Source: Selaginella moellendorffii
Lineage: Eukaryota > Plantae > Lycopodiophyta
DNA length: 64,000 nt
Assembly (NCBI RefSeq): GCF_000143415.4
Contig: NW_003314313.1
Coordinates: 709,430-773,429, forward strand
Reading direction: 5' to 3'
In this document: piece by piece, positions 59,370 to 64,000 of the stretch
Numbering within the stretch: the first letter of the stretch is position 1
How the letters are laid out: each line of letters opens with the position of its first letter
Translations under genes and position numbers: made by a program
The notes under the pieces: model-generated
Told to the model about the DNA's origin: nothing
The model's input: only the letters and a program-made list of their open reading frames with translations
The model's database searches: none

Positions 59370-60146
59370 GAATTTTAGGGTTCTTCGACAAAGATTCTTT
59401 TGGCGCTCGATGGATGGATGCATTCCCTTCGACCCGTACTGGGACAATGCCTGGGTCACAGCACAGATTGCTCAGTGGAGCTCCTTTTGGGGTTGAAATC
59501 CTGCGGGAGCTCCAAGGATTTAGAGAGGGGAAGGGTGCTCCACGATCCTACGTTTCTTGCAGCTTGATCGGCATGTATGGGAGGTGTGGCAGCTTGGTTG
59601 AGGTGAGGAGGTGTTTGACAGGATGCCTTGCCACAATGTAGTGGCCTGGAACGCTTTCATCTTGAGAATGGCGAAGAATCTCGTGCTCTGGAAGGCTTGT
59701 CATGGATGGAAAGCCAGGGTTGCAGACCGGATTCCGGGACATTCTTCGCAGCGATCGAGGCTTGCTCTGCTCTAGCGATCAGAGAAGAAGTGAGACTCAT
59801 CGGTGTGAAGATGATCAAGCTGGAAGCTCTGGAACAAGGCATGAGAATCCACCCTTGAGCTAAGAGAAGTGGCAAAGATGATCACGTAGAGAGCTCGCTG
59901 GTGGAAATGTACGCATACTGTGGAAGAATGGTGGAAGCACGCATGGTTTTCGATAGAAGCTCCCGGCACAGTGTCATCTGGTGGACTGTTCTAGTGCTTG
60001 GGTACATTGCAAACGTGGAGAGTGAGCTAGCACTCGAGGTTTTTGGTAGCATTTGCAGATTTGGCTGGGAGAGAAAAGTGGGAGAAGCTTTGGATGGAAC
60101 GGCTGTGAAAGTTAGCACTCTGGGAAAAAGGAGAGGAATCCATCGC
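59370..60146 (+). pseudogene. Degraded inverted copy of the 5' part of the PPR gene at 39346-42039
   Basis: MIKLEALEQGMRIH, EMYAYCGRMVEARMVFDRSSRHSVI and EALDGTAVKVSTLGK are shared. Deletions and stops; truncated by the next element. Confidence 0.9.
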
Positions 60147-63100
60147 TATATCAACCAAAAACCCAAGCTCAGGGGACTCCACTTTGAACCTAGGGCTGCA
60201 TTGGAGCCATAGATTAAATCATGCACAGCATATAGTATATGCTAGCAGTTAGAACCACTAACCTTTCAAAGGGGGGAATCCAAATTGTGGATCCCTATCT
60301 CCATTCCATCATTTTTTTATCAATTCACAGCATTCTTTCACTTGTCCTTCTTCTCAGCCCTTGGGGATCGGGCCATTTTCTCTTTTTTTTTCTTTCTAAC
60401 AATAGATTTCCAGCAAAGAGGAGTATCAACACCTCTTCATTTGGCAACCACGGCTTTTGAATTCCCCTTCAGGTTCACAAATTCTTCCGTTCTTTCTCCA
60501 TTCTCTGTGCGCAGATAGCAAGAACGATCAAGCAATCTATCCAACTCGCTAAAATTCACTACCCAATTCGCCACCCAATTTGCCACCCAATTCGCCCAAA
60601 TTCAACAAGCAAATGCCCCCACCAACCTGGATCAACGGCGTCCAAGTGGTCGCCGCCCAACGCAATAGAGGTAGACGCTTCCCAGAGGAGATCTTTGAAG
60701 AATCTGAAAGCTGTCTCTCAAGATCTCCGAGTCCAATCACCAACAAAGACCACCAACAGCCCTCTTTGACAAGAAACTCCAATCTACCAGCAACTTCATC
60801 AGCAAATGCCCTCAGTAGCTTCATTGGTGAACTCCATCTCCAAGCACAAGACCACCCACTCCAAGCTCGAGACATCAACCAGCACGCTTGACACAAACCG
60901 ACACCACTGCCGAAATGAACCCATCTTCCATGCTGTTGTCGACCCAGCAATCCTAGTGTTCCAACACAATTCCAAATCCTGCGCCCACTCCAAACACTAC
61001 ACCAACGATGAACCCATCACTTTGTTACCCAATATTGGACAACTTGTCGAGGGACAACTTCACGACACACCACCGATTTTTCGACAACCCCTCCGACAAA
61101 GTCAGCAGCTCAACACTGAAACGACAATCTAAACTCGGTTCGAAATCAACACGTTCACTGCAACAACTCTCGCCAATCACGCCATTGCCCAATCCGGACT
61201 CGAACAACTCGACGACATTATCGAAGAAATCATTCCAGACAAACTCGAATATCCAAAACTCTTCATCGAACTCCATCTCGGCACCAACAAGTGGAAGACC
61301 AGTTTGCATACTGCACCAGCACACTCGACCCAACACAACTTGGCTGAACACAACCCAACCCAACATGCACCACCGTTGATATTTGCACTGAAAAGAAAGA
61401 ACAAGCTCACAACAACTTTATCGACAATTGGCCCGCCAACAGTCTTCCCAAAGTTCAGCCCGAACTGCATGATTGACTGCAGACACGAATCTGACACTGA
61501 CAACTAGTAGAAGAATGCATGTATCCAAAACCACGAAGAACATCCAGCAAGTCGGAAGAAGACCAACAATGACTTATCCGATGTTTAGATAGAGATTTGA
61601 AGAATTTAGAAATGAAGAGAAAGAAAGACCAAGAGAAGTTGAATCAAGTTGTTAGACCCTCCAAGAGAGAGAATTACATCCGACACGAATTATTACCGCA
61701 AGCTAACTCCGACGAACCAGTATTAGACATCCACGAAGAATACAACTACTACACAACACCACCGGACACACCACCGGCAGCACCCTCGACAGCACCCACT
61801 GAAGTGCCCGAGCCTGAATCAATACCCTCGACAGCACCCACCTAAGTGCCCGAGCCTGAATCAACACCCTCAACGGCACCCACCAAAGTGCCTGAGCCCA
61901 ACCAAACATTCGAGCAGTTGACATAGACTATGCCCGAGCAACAAAACATTTTTCAAGCAGCATACAACCACTTCAAAGGTACATTCACCAACCCCATCTA
62001 CAGTGACAATGAACGACCAAGTTTCCCGCCCAGCTTCACAGACTTCACCAGATCAGCACCCTTTTCGCCATACCGACCGATCTTCACAACACCAATATAT
62101 CCCACATTTGCTTCCAACATCTACCGAAGCCCGCTATCAGCAAGACCTTTCGAACATGGTTTCGACTTCAACACGCCGACGAGACAACAACTCGACTTCA
62201 CCAATTACAGTTGCACTCCGATATACCCAGTCAACAGCAGTAAAGACGAACAACCCGAATCGTCCAATAGTCAAGCACTTGATGTCAACAACTCACACCG
62301 AACTGCTGAACAGCTACAATCATCCAACAACAATGAGATCGACGAACCAATCATCGACGACAACAATCTTCCACAGCAATCACAGTCACCACACAACTAT
62401 ATGTTCAAAGAACTCTTTAACAATTTAAAAGAACAACCACAACCAACACAACATAACTCCGACAAGTATGTCGACAACAAGTTCGAGCACCATCTTCCGA
62501 AAATCAACACCGGCAAGCAACCCGATACCGACGACGATGTCAACGACACACCCGAAAACAGTCCCAACACAGAAGAACAAACAGAGAAGAGTCCACTTAA
62601 AAACAACAACAATTCACCACCTTCCTCTTACACCAACTTTGCCGTCAACCCGACAACCCCTTGCTACAAATCACCTTAGGACTCCATAGTGACAACCTGA
62701 CAAAACAACCTTGACAATACCGACATTACTACCAACAGCAAATGGCAGTCACTACCGCTGTTGCCAACATACCTGTCGGAAGATATGTCTCCTATCCACT
62801 ATTTCATGGTCTGAAGTCAGAAGATGCCGAGAAACATGTTGAACAGTTCCAAGAAGCAATTCGAATCAATGGCCAGACGACCGAACTTCCATACTACTTC
62901 CGATGTACCCTTCGAAAGAGAGCCAACAAATGGGCTCAAATGCTTCCTCAAAATACAAGTTTCGACGACCTCACACTCAAGCTCGTAGACCGATTCAAGT
63001 CTTCCCTCACTCAAAGCCAACGACTTCACAAGATCCAAAAACTCAAGCAGAAGTCTAGTCAATCCATCGATGACTACACTCAAACCTTCACTCGACATGC

Positions 63101-64000
63101 CAGCAAATGTGGCAACAGTGCCACCGAAACATTACTTTACCAATGGTACATGCAAGGCCTCTGACGATCCCTCTGAGAAGTGGCAACACACATCAACGTT
63201 GCCACTTACCTCGAACTCACAAGAGCCCTTCAAGATGTTCAAGCTCGACGAATGACAGCACAAGTAGATCACACAGATAACTCAGATTCTGATAGCAGTT
63301 CCAATGACGACTCCAACGATGAACTCAGAGAGAGCACCAAGTCAAAAATTCAGAAACTCAGGAAAACAATCAACAAGCTCAATGGAAAAGCCAAGGCCGA
63401 CATCAAAGAATTTCGATCTGGAATTTGGTGTACTAAGTGCAAGAACGAAGGACATCCGGCAAGTGACTGCAAGCTCCAAATCTCCAAATGCCAGATCTGT
63501 ACCAAAGAAGGTCATGACGCAAAGACTTGCAGATTTCGAAATTCTCCAGAAGTTCGACAAGTCTCGAACTATCCCCGACAGCAGTTTCGACAACCATATC
63601 CAAATCAATACTTCGGCAATTACCAGCCACCACCTCTGACAAACTGGAGACCACCGAGAAACAACTTCCAACACCAGAGTCGACAATGGAATGATCAACC
63701 TCGCTAAACAACTACAACGATCGACAATACCCGCTGAACCAGAACTACCCGGCAAACCGCAACAACTACAACCAAGGATACCAACAATACCCAAGATACT
63801 AGAACTGAAGATACCAAGGCCAAGGTTATCAAGACCAGGGCTACCAAGGCAACTACAACAATCGACCATGGCAACCTTGACTTCAAAACCAAGGCAGTCC
63901 GCCAAGACTTGGTCCGCCGCCTCCTCGACAACAAGATCAGAACCAGCAGCAACCACCAATAACAAGGATGGTCGAGACCGACGAACTACCTTATGCCAAC
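60147..64000 (+). mobile_element. 5' part of an LTR retrotransposon: probable LTR (~60147-60514), long leader with extra ORF remnants, gag (62742-63707, interrupted by TGA codons) with two zinc knuckles
   Basis: Gag-like FHGLKSEDAEKHV..LRKRANKW..LKQKSSQSIDDY, plus CTKCKNEGHPASDC and CQICTKEGHDAKTC. Strong C/A strand skew. LTR limits are tentative. Confidence 0.75.
61783..61898 (+). repeat. 42-bp tandem repeat, ~2.8 copies (PSTAPTEVPEPESI)
   Basis: Units start at 61783, 61825 and 61867. Confidence 0.9.

Overview
This is eukaryotic land-plant nuclear DNA. The ~60-85 nt GT-AG introns and the intronless PLS-class PPR ORF suggest a Selaginella-like lycophyte (inference). Apparently intact genes are a 3-exon type II DnaJ/Hsp40, two ~98%-identical copies of an intronless 853-aa secreted protein, and a 2-exon secreted cyanovirin-N-homolog (CVNH) lectin. 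The 853-aa protein has a bacterial-style architecture: signal peptide, prodomain, metzincin Zn-protease (HEAGHNWGSSH plus Met-turn), Ig/cadherin-like 'DVLAND' domain and two LamG-like jelly-roll domains. A long PPR ORF is present but its E domain is out of frame. The rest of the window is decayed, nested Ty3/gypsy retrotransposons (one nested insertion has an exact GTAAT target-site duplication), a TRIM-like mini-element, and direct and inverted segmental duplications. These duplications carry a mosaic of gene fragments: D2HGDH, F-box, PPR, subtilase, purple acid phosphatase, enoyl-CoA hydratase, Twinkle and rps2-like. The best candidate for an undescribed system is the duplicated, probably horizontally acquired metalloprotease-LamG gene, possibly together with the neighbouring CVNH lectin. 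Both stay intact in a region where most other sequence has decayed. All family assignments come from motif recognition by eye; no database search was run.
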